Shown here piece after piece: positions 10,926-24,956 of a stretch of DNA of 64,000 nucleotides (position 1 is the stretch's first letter; each line of letters starts with the position of its first letter). Made by a program: the position numbers and the translations under genes. This DNA is from Octopus sinensis. Taxonomy: Eukaryota. Location of the stretch: NCBI RefSeq assembly GCF_006345805.1, contig NC_043005.1, positions 42,222,001-42,286,000 on the forward strand, read 5' to 3'. The notes beneath the pieces were generated by a model. It searched no databases. It saw nothing but the letters and a program-made list of their open reading frames with translations, and was not told where the DNA came from.

Positions 10926-12440
10926 ACATTCGCTGCCTTAAGAACATGCTGCATTGAAAAGCAGTGACACCATGACACATTCAGAAGGCTTCTGGTCACA
11001 TGTGTAGCATGTTTCTCAGAAATATGACATAATCTATACATTGGACATTTATAGGCTTTACTTCCTCTTTATTTATTGTTAGATGTTTTAATAAATATCT
11101 GCAGCTCTTGAACTCCGGAATAATAACCTTCGGAATGTGATAAGGTGAGCTCAAGAGATGTTATGCTTCACGTTACTTTTAGCATTATCGTCATCTTCAC
11201 AAGTAACATATTCATCTACGATTATTTTTGTCATTACGAGTGATACTTTTCCTAGGTTTTATTCGAGTGAGCGAATCCAGTAATTTCAGGATAACATGGG
11301 AAGGTAATTGGGAAGTGTGTACTTCTTGAGAGGTTTACTACTAAGTCACTCGTAGGTTGTTCTATTTACACTTCAAACCTTTGATGTGCTTATATTTGCT
11401 GCTGCTATATACCAAGCATTATCTGAGTGATGATATACAACGCGCAAAGTGTAACCTATTCCGCCCTCTTTTGTTTTGAGTATTCTTTTCCTGCTGCCGT
11501 GACCAATGCTGAATACCTTTAGAACACTCCCTCGTTTGTATGTGGGCATGCGTGAATTTGCACACACATACACACAAATACACGCACAAACCAACAAATA
11601 CATCTTTAAATATTGTACTCTAGTATATGAGTTGACTACACTTCATCTGTGTGTGTGTACATACTGAACACAGATTAATGTTTCTTTTTAAGTTATTACA
11701 AGTTATTGAAAGTCCAAACTTTGGACCATACATAACAAACAATAGGGTTAATCCAATAAAATTTTATTGAGCGATCAATAAATAGTATTTTTTTAATACA
11801 AAACTTTTGTAACAGTCTGCCATTTCAATAGTCTTCTTCTTCAGCTTTCCCAGATATTTAATTTTTTTTATATAATTCTTGCAATATTACTTGAGTTGGT
11901 ACAATTTATGCCACGATTTTCTGACATTTCGTTGAATGTTGATATTATCAATTCTAATTTACAATAGAGATGCAATTAATATAGTTTGGCTATTTTTATA
12001 TCAGTGCTTACTCGTCAAATTTTGGCCGAATGTCTTCGTAAAAACTACATTCTAAAAAGTACTTTTATTCATAAACCATAATTATATTCTGATTTTTTAT
12101 CCCCGGACAAACACGCAAGCCTGACGCAATATATATATTTAATGAGTGCGCGATCATAATTGCTTTGTCTTTTCTTTAATTCCATGCCATGGTGAAGTAT
12201 ATTTCTGATCAAAAACATTTAAGGACACCCATAAGTATTTTCAGTACTTAGTTTGTTAATATACCTCAATCGAAAGGCTGGAAAGAAAAACGAAAAAGGT
12301 AGAGTAAGGAATTTATCAAATGTTGACACATAATTGATCAAATTCTTAAAGAATGAAGTGAGTGAAATAAATACATAAACGAATATCCGTAAATATGAAT
12401 ATACAGTAACACAAAAGTGAAGGATATTTTGTTCGTTAAA

Positions 12441-13377
12441 TATCGTTTTTTGTTCGTTAAATACCGGCTATGTGCTAAAATTTGAAACCAATATTTTGTT
12501 AACTTATTTCTTTTATTCAAGTTACAATAATAGCGGCCTAGCATTCAAAGTAGAGGCCTGCGTGTTGCACGGTCCGAAGCCACCATTTTGCCAGTTCTTT
12601 GAACCCACGCTGATGCCGGTTGTTGTTCTTTGAGGTGAAGAATTTCTTCACTGAACCTTCCATCTTCACATGGTTGATGAAGCGTCGCGAACGTAGGAAG
12701 TGATCCAGTGATCGGAACAAGTAATGATCCGAGGCAGATATTTTTCCACAACTGTAACGTGCATGAGCAATGGTTAAGCAAGGGCCAGCTTCCGTAACCT
12801 GTAGCCAAACATGGACATTTCGAACACAAGGTGATGTTCTGTGTCTAGTGGAATTATGAGCGAATAATTCACTACTAGTTCGTTCTGGACTGTCGAACCA
12901 TCGATGTCAACCTTTACTCCCTAACAGCTGAAGTGGATATGTGCCACTGTGCGGCACAAATACCCAGCGCTGGTTAACAGAAAGTGAGCTCTTCTGCAGC
13001 AAGACAGCGTAAGACCTCATACCACTCGAAAGACCCGGAATAAACTTCAGGAATTGCTTGGAATCGGACAGGTGTTCTGCCCAGCACATAGTCCGGACCT
13101 AACATCCTCGGATTATTATTTGTTCCGATGAATGGCTCACTTTCTGCACGCGTGACACCAAGATGAAATGGAAGCTTCAGAGAAGGAGCTCTTTGCCTTG
13201 AAAGACATCAAAGGACAAGAGCTGGTATCAGCATGGGATCAAAGAAGTGGCAGAAAGGTGGCTTCAGACAGTGCAATACGATGGCCTCTACTTTGAATGT
13301 TAGGCTACTTTTGTTAAAACTTAACGTATAAAGCAATTAAGTTACTGAAATTTTGCAAAGCTTTTAACTCAACAATA
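12441..13377 (-). mobile_element. Degenerate mariner-derived element (copy 1)
   Basis: Minus-strand HARYS..SASDHYLFRSLDHFLRSRRF...LYFEC* is a mariner C-terminus. A second mariner 3' end lies on the + strand at about 13190-13377. Confidence 0.75.
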
Positions 13378-14626
13378 GTTTTTACTACGTTTCGACAAGA
13401 CCGTTTGTCAACAATACGAATAAAATGAATTTAGTGCCAAGTGTCATCATATTAAATTCTAGTAGAATAAGGTATCTGAGAATGTGTGGAAGATAATATA
13501 TCTAAATGAAAGTTGCCCATCGATGCCTTTCACAAGAAATAGATCACTCAAATCAATATAGTATGAGGTAGCTTATCGAAAATACCGAGCTGTGGGATCG
13601 AAGTTGGAATCATATGGTAATAAGGAAAATTCTTAAACAGCCATGTTTGCTATATAGCTAAGAATAAGGCATTTATGTGTATCGGTATATACATGTGTGC
13701 ATTTTTGGAGGTGAGGTAGTATTCATGAAAGCGGTGGATTCGGCCGCGGTATTAAATCTTTGCTAGATTCTTTATATCTCCGATGGCAAATCCCTTTTTT
13801 CTTATTACAGTGATACAGACAGCCGCTTTTCTTCACTTAGGCCGAGTTAATTTGATTATAATATATCTACCGTACAATTCATGAACTCCATTCGCAAAGA
13901 AACAAATACATATACATTCATATATAGAAATGAAGAAATTTGAATCACGTTGTTCGGGTTATAATTGTTTCAGCAACTTGTAGGGTAGATAAAGTTTTCA
14001 ATATATTGGAACAAATATAAAACAATGGTTATGCAACTTCATGTGATATTAAATGAAACCCAACCCATCGTTTCATCAAACAATGCAATACGCTTGTGCA
14101 TTGATAGTGAACGACCAGGGTGAGTAATGTAACGAGAAAATATCCAAACTGATACGTCTAGAGAAGAGCACCATGTAAAGGGTTTGAACACACAAAAAGG
14201 CTTATATACAACTTGATAAAATCGATTGGGACGCCCCTGCAAATAGCTTAAGCTAGATAAATGATGGACAATAATGTAATGTTAATTAGTTTTATCACCA
14301 AAATGTGTCAAGAATCAAAAATTGGTTTACATGTAATTTTATTTTAATGTGTGTGTAATCTAGACCTCAAGTAACTCATATATTCAGGTGACCTAGTATT
14401 AAAAATAATCAAGAAAACATAAGTGGAAAAGTCAATTTATTTCATATAATTTCGAAATTTTAAGTGCGTTGCGGAGCCTAAACATATCCATCATAGAGCT
14501 TAAGATTTTAACATTCTTCTTTCTAATAAATTTTGCAAACGAAGTGAGTGAAATAAATACATAAACGAATATCCGTAAATATGAATATACAGTAACACAA
14601 AAGTGAAGGATATTTTGTTCGTTAAA

Positions 14627-15732
14627 TATCGTTTTGAATCAAAAGTTTTGCAATAATGAGCTGGCAGAATCGCTAGCATGCCGAATAAAATGCTTGGCGG
14701 CATTTCGTCCGTATTTACGATTTGAATTTAGATTTCACCGAGGTTTACTTTGCCTTTCATCCTTTTGGAGTCGAATTCTGGGGTCGATGTAATCAACTTC
14801 TCCCCTCCCCCGGAATTGCCGGCTATGTGCTAAAATTTGAAACCAATATTTTGTTAACTTATTTCTTTTATTCAAGTTACAATAATAGCGGCCTAGCATT
14901 CAAAGTAGAGGCCTGCGTGTTGCACGGACCGAAGCCACCATTTTGCCAGTTCTTTGAACCCACGCTGATGCCGGTTGTTGTTCTTTGAGGTGAAGAATTT
15001 CTTCACTGAACCTTCCATCTTCACATGGTTGATGAAGCGTCGCGAACGTAGGAAGTGATCCAGTGATCGGAACAAGTAATGATCCGAGGCAGATATTTTT
15101 CCACAACTGTAACGTGCATGAGCAATGGTTAAGCAAGGGCCAGCTTCCGTAACCTGTAGCCAAACATAGACATTTCGAACACAAGGTGATGTTCTGTGTC
15201 TAGTGGAATTATGAGCGAATAATTCACTACTAGTTCGTTCTGGACTGTCGAACCATCGATGTCAACCTTTACTCCCTAACAGCTGAAGTGGATATGTGCC
15301 ACTGTGCGGCACAAATACCCAGCGCTGGTTAACAGAAAGTGAGCTCTTCTGCAGCAAGACAGCGTAAGACCTCATACCACTCGAAAGACCCGGAATAAAC
15401 TTCAGGAATTGCTTGGAATCGGACAGGTGTTCTGCCCAGCTCATAGTCCGGACCTAACATCCTCGGATTATTATTTGTTCCGATGAATGGCTCACTTTCT
15501 GCACGCGTGACACCAAGATGAAATGGAAGCTTCAGAGAAGGAGCTCTTTGCCTTGAAAGACATCAAAGGACAAGAGCTGGTATCAGCATGGGATCAAAGA
15601 AGTGGCAGAAAGGTGGCTTCAGACAGTGCAATACGATGGCCTCTACTTTGAATGTTAGGCTACTTTTGTTAAAACTTAACGTATAAAGCAATTAAGTTAC
15701 TGAAATATTGCAAAGCTTTTAACTCAACAATA
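14627..15732 (-). mobile_element. Degenerate mariner-derived element (copy 2) with a family A SINE at 14657-14845 just inside the left TIR-like end
   Basis: As copy 1. Left end TATCGTTTTGAATCAAAAGTTTTGCAA resembles the reverse complement of right end TTGCAAAGCTTTTAACTCAACAATA. Confidence 0.75.
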
Positions 15733-17146
15733 GTTTTTACTACGTTTCGACAAGACCGTTTGTCAACAATACGAATAAAATGAATTTAGTGCCAAGTGTC
15801 ATCATATTAAATTCTAGTAGAATAAGGTATCTGAGAATGTGTGGAAGATAATATATCTAAATGAAAGTTGCCCATCGATGCCTTTCACAAGAAATAGATC
15901 ACTCAAATCAATATAGTATGAGGTAGCTTATCGAAAATACCGAGCTGTGGGATCGAAGTTGGAATCATATGGTAATAAGGAAAATTCTTAAACAGCCATG
16001 TTTGCTATATAGCTAAGAATAAGGCATTTATGTGTATCGGTATGTACATGTGTGCATTTTTGGAGGTGAGGTAGTATTCATGAAAGCGGTGGATTCGGCC
16101 GCGGTATTAAATCTTTGCTAGATTCTTTATATCTCCGATGGCAAATCCCTTTTTTCTTATTACAGTGATACAGACAGCCGCTTTTCTTCACTTAGGCCGA
16201 GTTAATTTGATTATAATATATCTACCGTACAATTCATGAACTCCATTCGCAAAGAAACAAATACATATACATTCATATATAGAAATGAAGAAATTTGAAT
16301 CACGTTGTTCGGGTTATAATTGTTTCAGCAACTTGTAGGGTAGATAAAGTTTTCAATATATTGGAACAAATATAAAACAATGGTTATGCAACTACATGTG
16401 ATATTAAATGAAACCCAACCCATCATTTCATCAAACAATGCAATACGCTTGTGCATTGATAGTGAACGACCAGGGTGAGTAATGTAACGAGAAAATATCC
16501 AAACTGATACATCTAGAGAAGAGCACCATGTAAAGGGTTTGAACACACAAAAAGGCTTATATACAACTTGATAAAATCGATTGGGACGCCCCTGCAAATA
16601 GCTTAGGCTAGATAAATGATGGACAATAATGTAATGTTAATTAGTTTTATCACCAAAATGTGTCAAGAATCAAAAATTGGTTTACATGTAATTTTATTTT
16701 AATGTGTGTGTAATCTAGACCTCAAGTAACTCATATATTCAGGTGACCTAGTATTAAAAATAATCAAGAAAACATAAGTGGAAAAGTCAATTTATTTCAT
16801 ATAATTTCGAAATTTTAAGTGCGTTGCGGAGCCTAAACATATCCATCATAGAGCTTAAGATTTTAACATTCTTCTTTCTAATAAATTTTGCAAACGAAAA
16901 TTAATTTGTAATAATGCATGTAAAAATAAAAAGCGAGGAAAAGAAAACGTGTTATGAATTGATTTTTCGCTCATTATTCAAAGTTTTAAGTGGGCCGCGG
17001 AGTCTCAAGACGTAAATTTAAGAACTTCAGATTTCAAAACAGTCATTTTTAAAGGATTCTGCAATACAAAATTTATTCTTAACAACATATTTCGAAAATC
17101 TGAGTAAAAAGTACCTTTTTCGCTCCACCCCTAATATATATGTATA

Positions 17147-17206
<60 letters not shown>

Positions 17207-17507
17207 TGTATACCTGTATATGTACATGTATATAAATCTCCTGGAAATAAAAACAACGATAATTCCATGCAATATAAACATAACGTCACAAGAAATTTGA
17301 AAAGCTACACGCGAAACCGGTAATTTCTTTAAAAATTTTAAAATTATGTCATTTTAAGGAAAGGAAAAAAAATTTTTCCAATATTCTCCAGACATTTTGA
17401 CACAATATATATATTTTTTAACATCTAAGCCTTCTGTCGTTTTTTCACACTTTACTATTTTCTTATATATTCACCCACGTGCTTTACCAAACAAACTTTC
17501 TTATCTG

Positions 17508-17544
<37 letters not shown>

Positions 17545-17590
17545 ATATATATAGTGTGTGTGTGTGTGGTGTGTGTGTGTATGTATGTAC

Positions 17591-17621
<31 letters not shown>

Positions 17622-17645
17622 ATATATAATATATATAATATATAT

Positions 17646-17680
<35 letters not shown>

Positions 17681-17685
17681 ATGTA

Positions 17686-17729
<44 letters not shown>

Positions 17730-18347
17730 TGTAAGTGTCTATATATACATATATATATATGTATGTATATATATATATATATATGTATGTATGTAAGTAT
17801 GTATGTAAGTATGTATGTATGTGTCTATGTATGAATGTATATATATATACATTTATATGTATATAAGTGTGTATATGTGTGTGTGTGCGTATGTGTGTCT
17901 GTTTATCTGTCTGTGTGTGTAATCACTGCTACAGCACACCGAAAGTCCTTACTATAATATATGTTGTTGTTCGTATTCTGAAAATAAAGCAGCACCGTAA
18001 TTTCAATAACGGTCAAATTAGTGAAAGCATATTTCATGTAGGGAACATTAAATCGGTAATTAAAAATTATCAATCGGTGAATATATTTGATAATAATCTA
18101 TCATTTTCATGTTGAAGCAGGGTTTTTTTTTTTTGGTAAATGAGGGATACAAATACTTTGAAATAATATTGACATCACCGGAGAAGCATGGACTATAACA
18201 TAATAGAATTATTTACAGGGTTAAACTGCATTCACAGCTATCCAGTATCAATATTACATTATGTTTTGGAGATCTGTCTATTGTTGGCTTCCTTGTGATG
18301 ACACCACTTTTGCTATGCCTATAATATATAATTTCGAAGTGCTAGAG

Positions 18348-18627
18348 CAATGGCTCCCAGTCAGTTTTTTTTTTTTTTTCATATAGACCCCTTTCAATTC
18401 CTAATTTACTCTACAGAACCCTCACAGCCATTCGATATTTAAAAAAACCTTATATTTTTACAATCAAATATTATTAGGAATTGTAGACAAAAAGAGTTAA
18501 ATATTTTGTGTATTGTAGAAGTATAAACAATTTATTTCACATAACCTTTAACAGCACAAACTTATATGGACCCCAAAATGTCATATGAGCCGCCAAGGGT
18601 CATATAGACTCAGGTTGAGGACTGCTG
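18348..18627. mobile_element. hAT-superfamily MITE
   Basis: Perfect 8 bp TSD TGCTAGAG (18340-18347 and 18628-18635). Degenerate TIRs CAATGGCTCCCAG / GGTTGAGGACTGCTG. Confidence 0.8.
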
Positions 18628-19278
18628 TGCTAGAGGTTGACTTAATGATCTCGGCCACCATCGCCATCGAGAAATGAACCCTACTACACAAATCACTGTA
18701 TCGACTGTGCTGGAATTTTTTTAATACCAGTATTGTATCTATTCAATTAATCATTTAAACATTTTAAATATTTCGTCTGTATAATATTGACACACGTCCT
18801 CTTGAGGAAAAGCTGTTCATAACACTTGCTAAAGTTCGTTAGAGGAAACTCTAAAAATAAGAAGTTAGTAGGGCAAATTTTGAAACTGGTTCTCAAAAAA
18901 TTCGAGACTTCTCTAACATGTGTTCCGCTTAGGTAAGCGAGATGCTGGTTCACTGAGTTGTCACGGTCTATGTACATGAATGTGATAGTATCTTATAATT
19001 TACACAGCCATAACAGGGGAATCACTCATTAAACACAGAAAATTATTTTATATGTCTGCCGTTTTCAGCACATTGGGTGGAGGTAGAGTTTGTTTGAACT
19101 AAACACCTAGTCTGTTGGATTCAAACAATTAATTTGACACGGATTACCGCCTCGGACAGAAGAAATGACCATCTTATTTTGGACAGAGTGGAAAATAATC
19201 AGAAAATATGTTTAGTCATTTTTTTTTTTTATATTTCTCTCAAGTGAAGCGTATTAATCGCTTCTCTCTCATATTCCG

Positions 19279-19392
<114 letters not shown>

Positions 19393-19874
19393 GTGTATTC
19401 TGCCACCATGGAAGATTGACCACTGACAAAAATTTGTCTACAATACGCTATATTGCCAAGAAATAACGGATACTGTTTGTTTAAAACAATAATTTATAGA
19501 GGTCGGACTTAAACTGTATGTGGAATATTGCTTTTATATATTCAGTTACACACAGAAATATACATCTATACCTGAATAATATGCATATATATATATATAT
19601 ATGTATACATATGTGTGTGTGCGCGCACGCGTGTGTGTATACACCTTATTCTTCTTAGAGTATATTGTTCAGAATAGAGCAAGTATTTACTAAGTGCTAA
19701 TTTATGCTATAAAAGCTGAAATGTCTGTACATATGCATGAACGTAGAAATTCAGCGTTACATATTTTGGAGCAAGATGTTTATATGATCTTCAATTATTA
19801 CTTCAGAAATTTTAGTCATATCATGCTCCTATATCAGTTTGAGAGACCAAACTGTAGTATAATATATTTATTTT

Positions 19875-20670
19875 AAAGATGGCGAATTAAGCCTTTGAGG
19901 TGGGACATGTGCAGTTTTTTTCTTTATTCTCTTAACATTTTTTCTCATAGTTTGGTATTTTTCTTGTCTTCTCCCATGTCATAAAAAGATGGTGTCTGAT
20001 TGTTGGCTTTCGAGACCATGCATGGAGTTACTTCTTCCATCAGTCTTCTGACTAGGAGATGGTGTAAGAATATATTGCTGCGACATCGTTCTAGTCTGGG
20101 ACTGAGACCGAGATCTGTCTTTCTTGGAATATGTAACCAATGGTATAACTGAGGTGCTACTGGAATTATTACTTCCTGATCCTGTCAGCCCATTTGTCTT
20201 TTTCCAATCTATTCAGCCAAAAGTCCTGAAGTGGCTTTTGCTACCATAAATATGATGATGGGTTTTTCTACCTTGCAACGTCATGATCACAGCTCCGAAT
20301 TGATCTTGTGATGCTGGATGTCGTCATAAGAATATAAAAGTTCATACTGACCCTCTCCCGAATGTATTTCTGTCTTGTGCACATGTCATCCACTTTACAA
20401 AAGTGGGAACCGAATGAGACCAGTACCCCCTGCTATGCTGCTCACTAGCAGTCTTGTATTGTATTGTACATGTACCAGGATAGAAATTTATGGGCGGGAT
20501 TGTTGCGAACAATTTTTGCTTATCCGTTAGGGTTTTCATTTGTCAGGTTCAGATGACGACATTTTATCCCAAATATCTCTGCGAATGTCACCTAAAACGT
20601 CTTTAGTGGTAAAGAAAAACCAACGGCTCCATTGGAGAATATTTCAGGCAGTGTCACTAGGCTTTTATTA
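19875..20670 (-). pseudogene. Decayed RNase H-bearing (I/Nimb-like) LINE 3' fragment
   Basis: Frameshifted translations IFSNGAVG, LP..VTFAEIFGI, TLTD, WSH and IFLHHLLV resemble LINE RNase H and C-terminal motifs. Heavily degenerate. Confidence 0.5.
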
Positions 20671-20946
20671 AACCTTTCTTAACCATTTTCATTTCGTACA
20701 CCCTTAATATTCAGCGATTGCATGTTCCAGATAATTCATACAAATTGGCGATATTTGTAACAATGCTTCTAGTTCAGCATTCATCAATCGGCAAACTTTG
20801 TGTCAATGTTTTGAGTAATAATGTTGTTATTGTTGTTGCTGCTGTTGTTTATTTTGTATTCTTATTTCATTTTGTCTTTTATTCTTCAATATTTTGCCGT
20901 CGTCGATAAAATCACTGAAACTAATGCATTCAGTATCTGAGAAATG

Positions 20947-21156
20947 TACGACGGGGTGCTGAAAAGTTCCTAGCTTTTGATAAGAAAATACAAGAGGATC
21001 AGTTAATTATGATTTTATTCAACATATTCCCCTCTCAAATTCACACACTTATTGCAGTGGTCCTTCAGTTTCTCTAAGATCTGTAAAAAAAACTGTGAAG
21101 TTTGAGCCTCCAACCAGGCCTTTCGCAACACCCTTACAGCCAGGAACTTTTCAGCA
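20947..21156. mobile_element. Mariner-type MITE
   Basis: Starts TACGACGGGGTGCTGAAAAGTTCCTAGCT and ends with inverted AGCCAGGAACTTTTCAGCA. A second partial copy lies at 55952-56050. Confidence 0.75.
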
Positions 21157-21589
21157 ATATTTTTATTTCTATCTCATTTTGCTTTGTGTCTATTGAAATC
21201 TGTTTTGTATTCTTTTACGAACCAGGTCGAATCAAACGATGGCATAAAATGTTAAAACAAAGTCCCATTTTTTAGGTTATTTTTTATTATGTTTGAAAAT
21301 CAAATTAATGCAGTCATACACATATTTTGGGAATCTTTATGCATATAAAAATATCAATCCAAACATTTGGAGGTGTTAACAAACGAGAAGATCAAAGTCA
21401 AACGTAAGGGAAATAAAAGGTTTGAGCGAAGTAATTTTTTTTTTATAAATGGAATGAAAATTGATTGAATAAACCTCCCTAGCTTTGTAAATAGGCATTA
21501 AGTATCTAAACCATGTAATCATAATTTTGAGCATCCTTGAAAAAAAGAAATCAATGATTAACCCAGAACACGATCAGAAATAATATGTT

Positions 21590-21990
21590 CGCACTCGTTG
21601 GAAACAATCGCAACAATAATAATAATATTTTCTTTTATAGGCATACGGCCTGAAATTTCCATCTCAGTTGCATTTGAATTCAGAACGTAAAGACGGACAA
21701 AATGCTTAGCGGCATTTTGTCCGTCGAGCTAAAAATTCTGATAGCTCGCCGCCTTAATGATAATAATAAAAAAAACAGTGGTTTCAAATTTTGTCACACA
21801 GCCAGAAATTTTGGGTGAGGGGATAAGTCTGTTACATCGACCCCAGGGATCAACTGGTACTTATTTTACCGACTCGAATGGATGAAAGACAAAGTCGACC
21901 CCGGCGGAATTTGAACCCAGAACGTGAAGCGGACGAAATGCCACTAAGCATTTTGCCCCGCGTTCTAATGATTCTGCCAGCTCACCGCCT
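21590..21990 (-). mobile_element. Two family A SINEs
   Basis: Reverse-strand heads ending near 21755 and 21990, with B-box and core. Confidence 0.8.
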
Positions 21991-22079
21991 TAACGACAGC
22001 AATAACAACAACAACAATAACAACAACAACAATAGCAACAGCAACAACAATGACGATAACGGTGACGATGACGATGACA

Positions 22080-22124
<45 letters not shown>

Positions 22125-23200
22125 TTTTTCCTGAAATTTAGAGAAGTTAGTTTATATTATTGACCTCGCCACATCACTCACTTTATTTTATCAAATCCAA
22201 GACGATGGAAAGCAAACTTGACCTTAGTGAAGTCTGAACTTGGAAAGTAAAAACCAAAATTGCCGTAAATAAACACCGTTATGCTTCCGGTCGATGCTCA
22301 AATAAATTCATCAAATTCATGATCTTAATGTTATTATAATGATAATTGTGCACCGACATATATATATATGAAGCAAAAAAAAAAGGTAAAATTAAAGTCA
22401 TCTCCTTTTACTTCACACTCCACATAACTAAACCAGAATATATAGTTTTCCATTTGTAATAATTCTAAGCTAACTCAGAATCTCATCAACATGCCGAATT
22501 CTAGCATTGAGGCAGATCCTTTTAGCTATTCAGCCCTATGCTCTCTCTCCCACTCTGTCTGTCTGTCTGTCTCTCTCTCAAATGAGTTACCACATTTAAC
22601 AATAGCGGATGTCACAATTTGCTCTATTGACTGTCATTAAAAAGAGAATATTTTTACTAAACGTAAGGTGTATTAGCCATCTGAATGTGGCTAGCCACTG
22701 GGGGTGGGGTGTTACTGATGCTTTTATCCCCAAGTGATCAACGTCACCAGATGGACTTTAGACACAATCTCAGTGCCCTTGTGTTATTTGCAAAGGGAGG
22801 TCATCCTCCCTCGAAAACCTAAGTACTACATACGGACTATAGTTTCAAGGTAATTGCCTCTCGTCAACGCATGGTAAGCACCTGTTTTCGATGAAGGAGT
22901 CCCCTTGCAAATAATATTTAACGTTTTTCACAGCAACCACTGTCCCTGATTTTACTAAAGATATGCGTTAAAGATGTGGGCAGTGAATAACTCATTCGAA
23001 ATTTAGAGAAATTAAAAATGTGAGGATTATTTTGTTTTTATGCTCTTAAACACCCCTTTTCTTTTTACGTATTTATAATTTGTCTGTAAAACTAGACCGC
23101 ATAAATAATACGATGTGGGTCAAAAGTCACTTACCAAAACAGTTGACAGTTTATTTATATTACGCTTTCATTAACAAAGCAATCATCATTGTTGTTATTA

Positions 23201-23278
<78 letters not shown>

Positions 23279-23279
<1 letters not shown>

Positions 23280-23670
23280 ATATGCTTGACTTTTGCTTTA
23301 CATTTGCACGAGTTGGCTCCAAGTCTCACCCAGAGACCTTAAGAGACAAGTTATGTTGGTGTTATGCCTAGGATGCCATATATTTGGTTTTGTACATAGT
23401 GTTGTTCTAGAGAATGTTTAAGAAACCATAAGAAAATTATGTGTTTGTTTTAAAACTTGAGATTACATAGAATGTATTTTGCCAAGGATATGGGCAGTTT
23501 CCATGAGCACTATCTTTTGAATTTCTGCTATCTTTGGTTTTCCTGGTATCTGAGCTAGGTAGCAATCAGCCTCTTTTGCTATCATTCCTAGGGCACCTAT
23601 GACAACAGGTATTGATTTGGTTTTCAGCTTCCACATTTTGCTAATTTCTATTTCAAGATCTTTATACTTG
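23279..23670 (-). mobile_element. R4/Dong-type LINE, second family, 5'-truncated 3' end
   Basis: SKYKDLEIEISKMWKLKTKSIPVVIGALGMI...IQKIVLMETAHIL is a REL C-terminus. Distinct 3' UTR, (AAT)n on both sides. Confidence 0.85.
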
Positions 23671-23671
23671 C

Positions 23672-23739
<68 letters not shown>

Positions 23740-23740
<1 letters not shown>

Positions 23741-24507
23741 TCAGTAGTTTTATTTTTATAGCGTGCTTTCACTTCACTACCGAGCGCAGCTCTGTGTGCC
23801 TTGGTTATATGCTGTGATTTGTTGTGATGCTCTGACGGTTATTGTATGGAAAGTGTTCTGCGTAGGATGTGTGCAGTGCCTAGTAGTGCAATTTTCTGTA
23901 TGTTATATGTGTTTGTAAGTCCTGGTGTTTTTGTTATGTATTTATCTGAATATTTTTTTATCATGCCTAATGCACCTACTATGATAGGAATTGTTTCTGT
24001 TTCAGGTTCCACATTCTAGTTACCTCTATTTCCAGGTCTTTGTATTTTGAGAGTTCTCCATTTCTTTTAGAGACACGTTGTCATCTGCCGGTATTGATAC
24101 ATCAATTAGAAAGCATTTTTTTTCTTCATGATCTCTGAGAACTATATCTGGTCTGTTGGCCTTAATTTCTCTATCTGTGTGTATCGGCATATCCCAGAGT
24201 ATGGTTGCTTTCTCGTTTTCTGTGACCTCTTCTGGTGTGTGCCTATACCATCTTTTTCTGTTGTTATTCCATAATGTTGGCATAGCTTCCAATGTATGTA
24301 GGTACCAACTCTGTCATGTCTGTGAATATATTCCTTCTTAGCCAGGACTGGGCAGCTAGAGATAATATGATTTATTGTTTCTTGTCCATCTCCACATATT
24401 CTGCAGTTACTTGTAATATTTTTTTCATTACATGTTTTTGGTAATTTCTGGTGGGGAGGCTTTGGTCTTGTGCTGCATTAAAAATCCCTCTGTTTCTGCT
24501 TTGAGTC
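23740..24507 (-). mobile_element. Dong-1 3' fragment (unit 1)
   Basis: REL domain (WDMPIHTDREIKANRPDIV...IDVSIP), 3' UTR ending CTACTG. 5' truncation at GAGCT into (AAT)n. Confidence 0.9.
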
Positions 24508-24522
24508 CTGAGCTTATTATTA

Positions 24523-24565
<43 letters not shown>

Positions 24566-24606
24566 TATTATTATTATTATTGTCATCATTATTACTATTA
24601 TTATCA

Positions 24607-24683
<77 letters not shown>

Positions 24684-24685
<2 letters not shown>

Positions 24686-24895
24686 GGTTGGTAGAATTGT
24701 TAGCACGCCGGGCGAAATGCTTACAGCATTTCGTCCGTCTTTACATTCAGAATTCAAATTCTGCCGAAGTCGACTTTACCTTTCACCCTTTCAGGATCGA
24801 TAAAATAAGCACCAGTGAAACACTGGAGTTGATGTAATAGACTAGTCCCCTCCCCACAACTTTCAGGTTTTATGCCTTTAGTAGAAAGGGTTATC
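24684..24895 (+). mobile_element. Family A SINE within the tandem unit, repeated at 25907-26116 and 27118-27328
   Basis: The three copies share private variants, e.g. AAGGTTGGTAGAATTG and TTACAGCATT. Confidence 0.9.
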
Positions 24896-24910
24896 ATTAT
24901 TATTACTATC

Positions 24911-24952
<42 letters not shown>

Positions 24953-24956
<4 letters not shown>

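Larger units (their letters stand above)
12355..16895. repeat. Tandem duplication: copy 1 at 12355-14540 (2186 bp), copy 2 at 14541-16895 (2355 bp)
   Basis: Near-identical sequence with about 9 substitutions seen by eye. GAA microhomology at the junction. Copy 1 lacks 183 bp and has 14 bp in their place. Confidence 0.95.

Noticed and set aside
12907-13089. Peptide QRWVFVPHSGTYP resembling BEL/Pao RNase H
   Set aside because: Other frames of the same DNA give mariner motifs (SAVRE*RLTSMV, WPLLNH, HARYS) colinear with the transposase.
13793-14126. Strong acceptor at 13810 and donor CAGG/gtgagt near 14121 inside the duplication
   Set aside because: No open frame links them.
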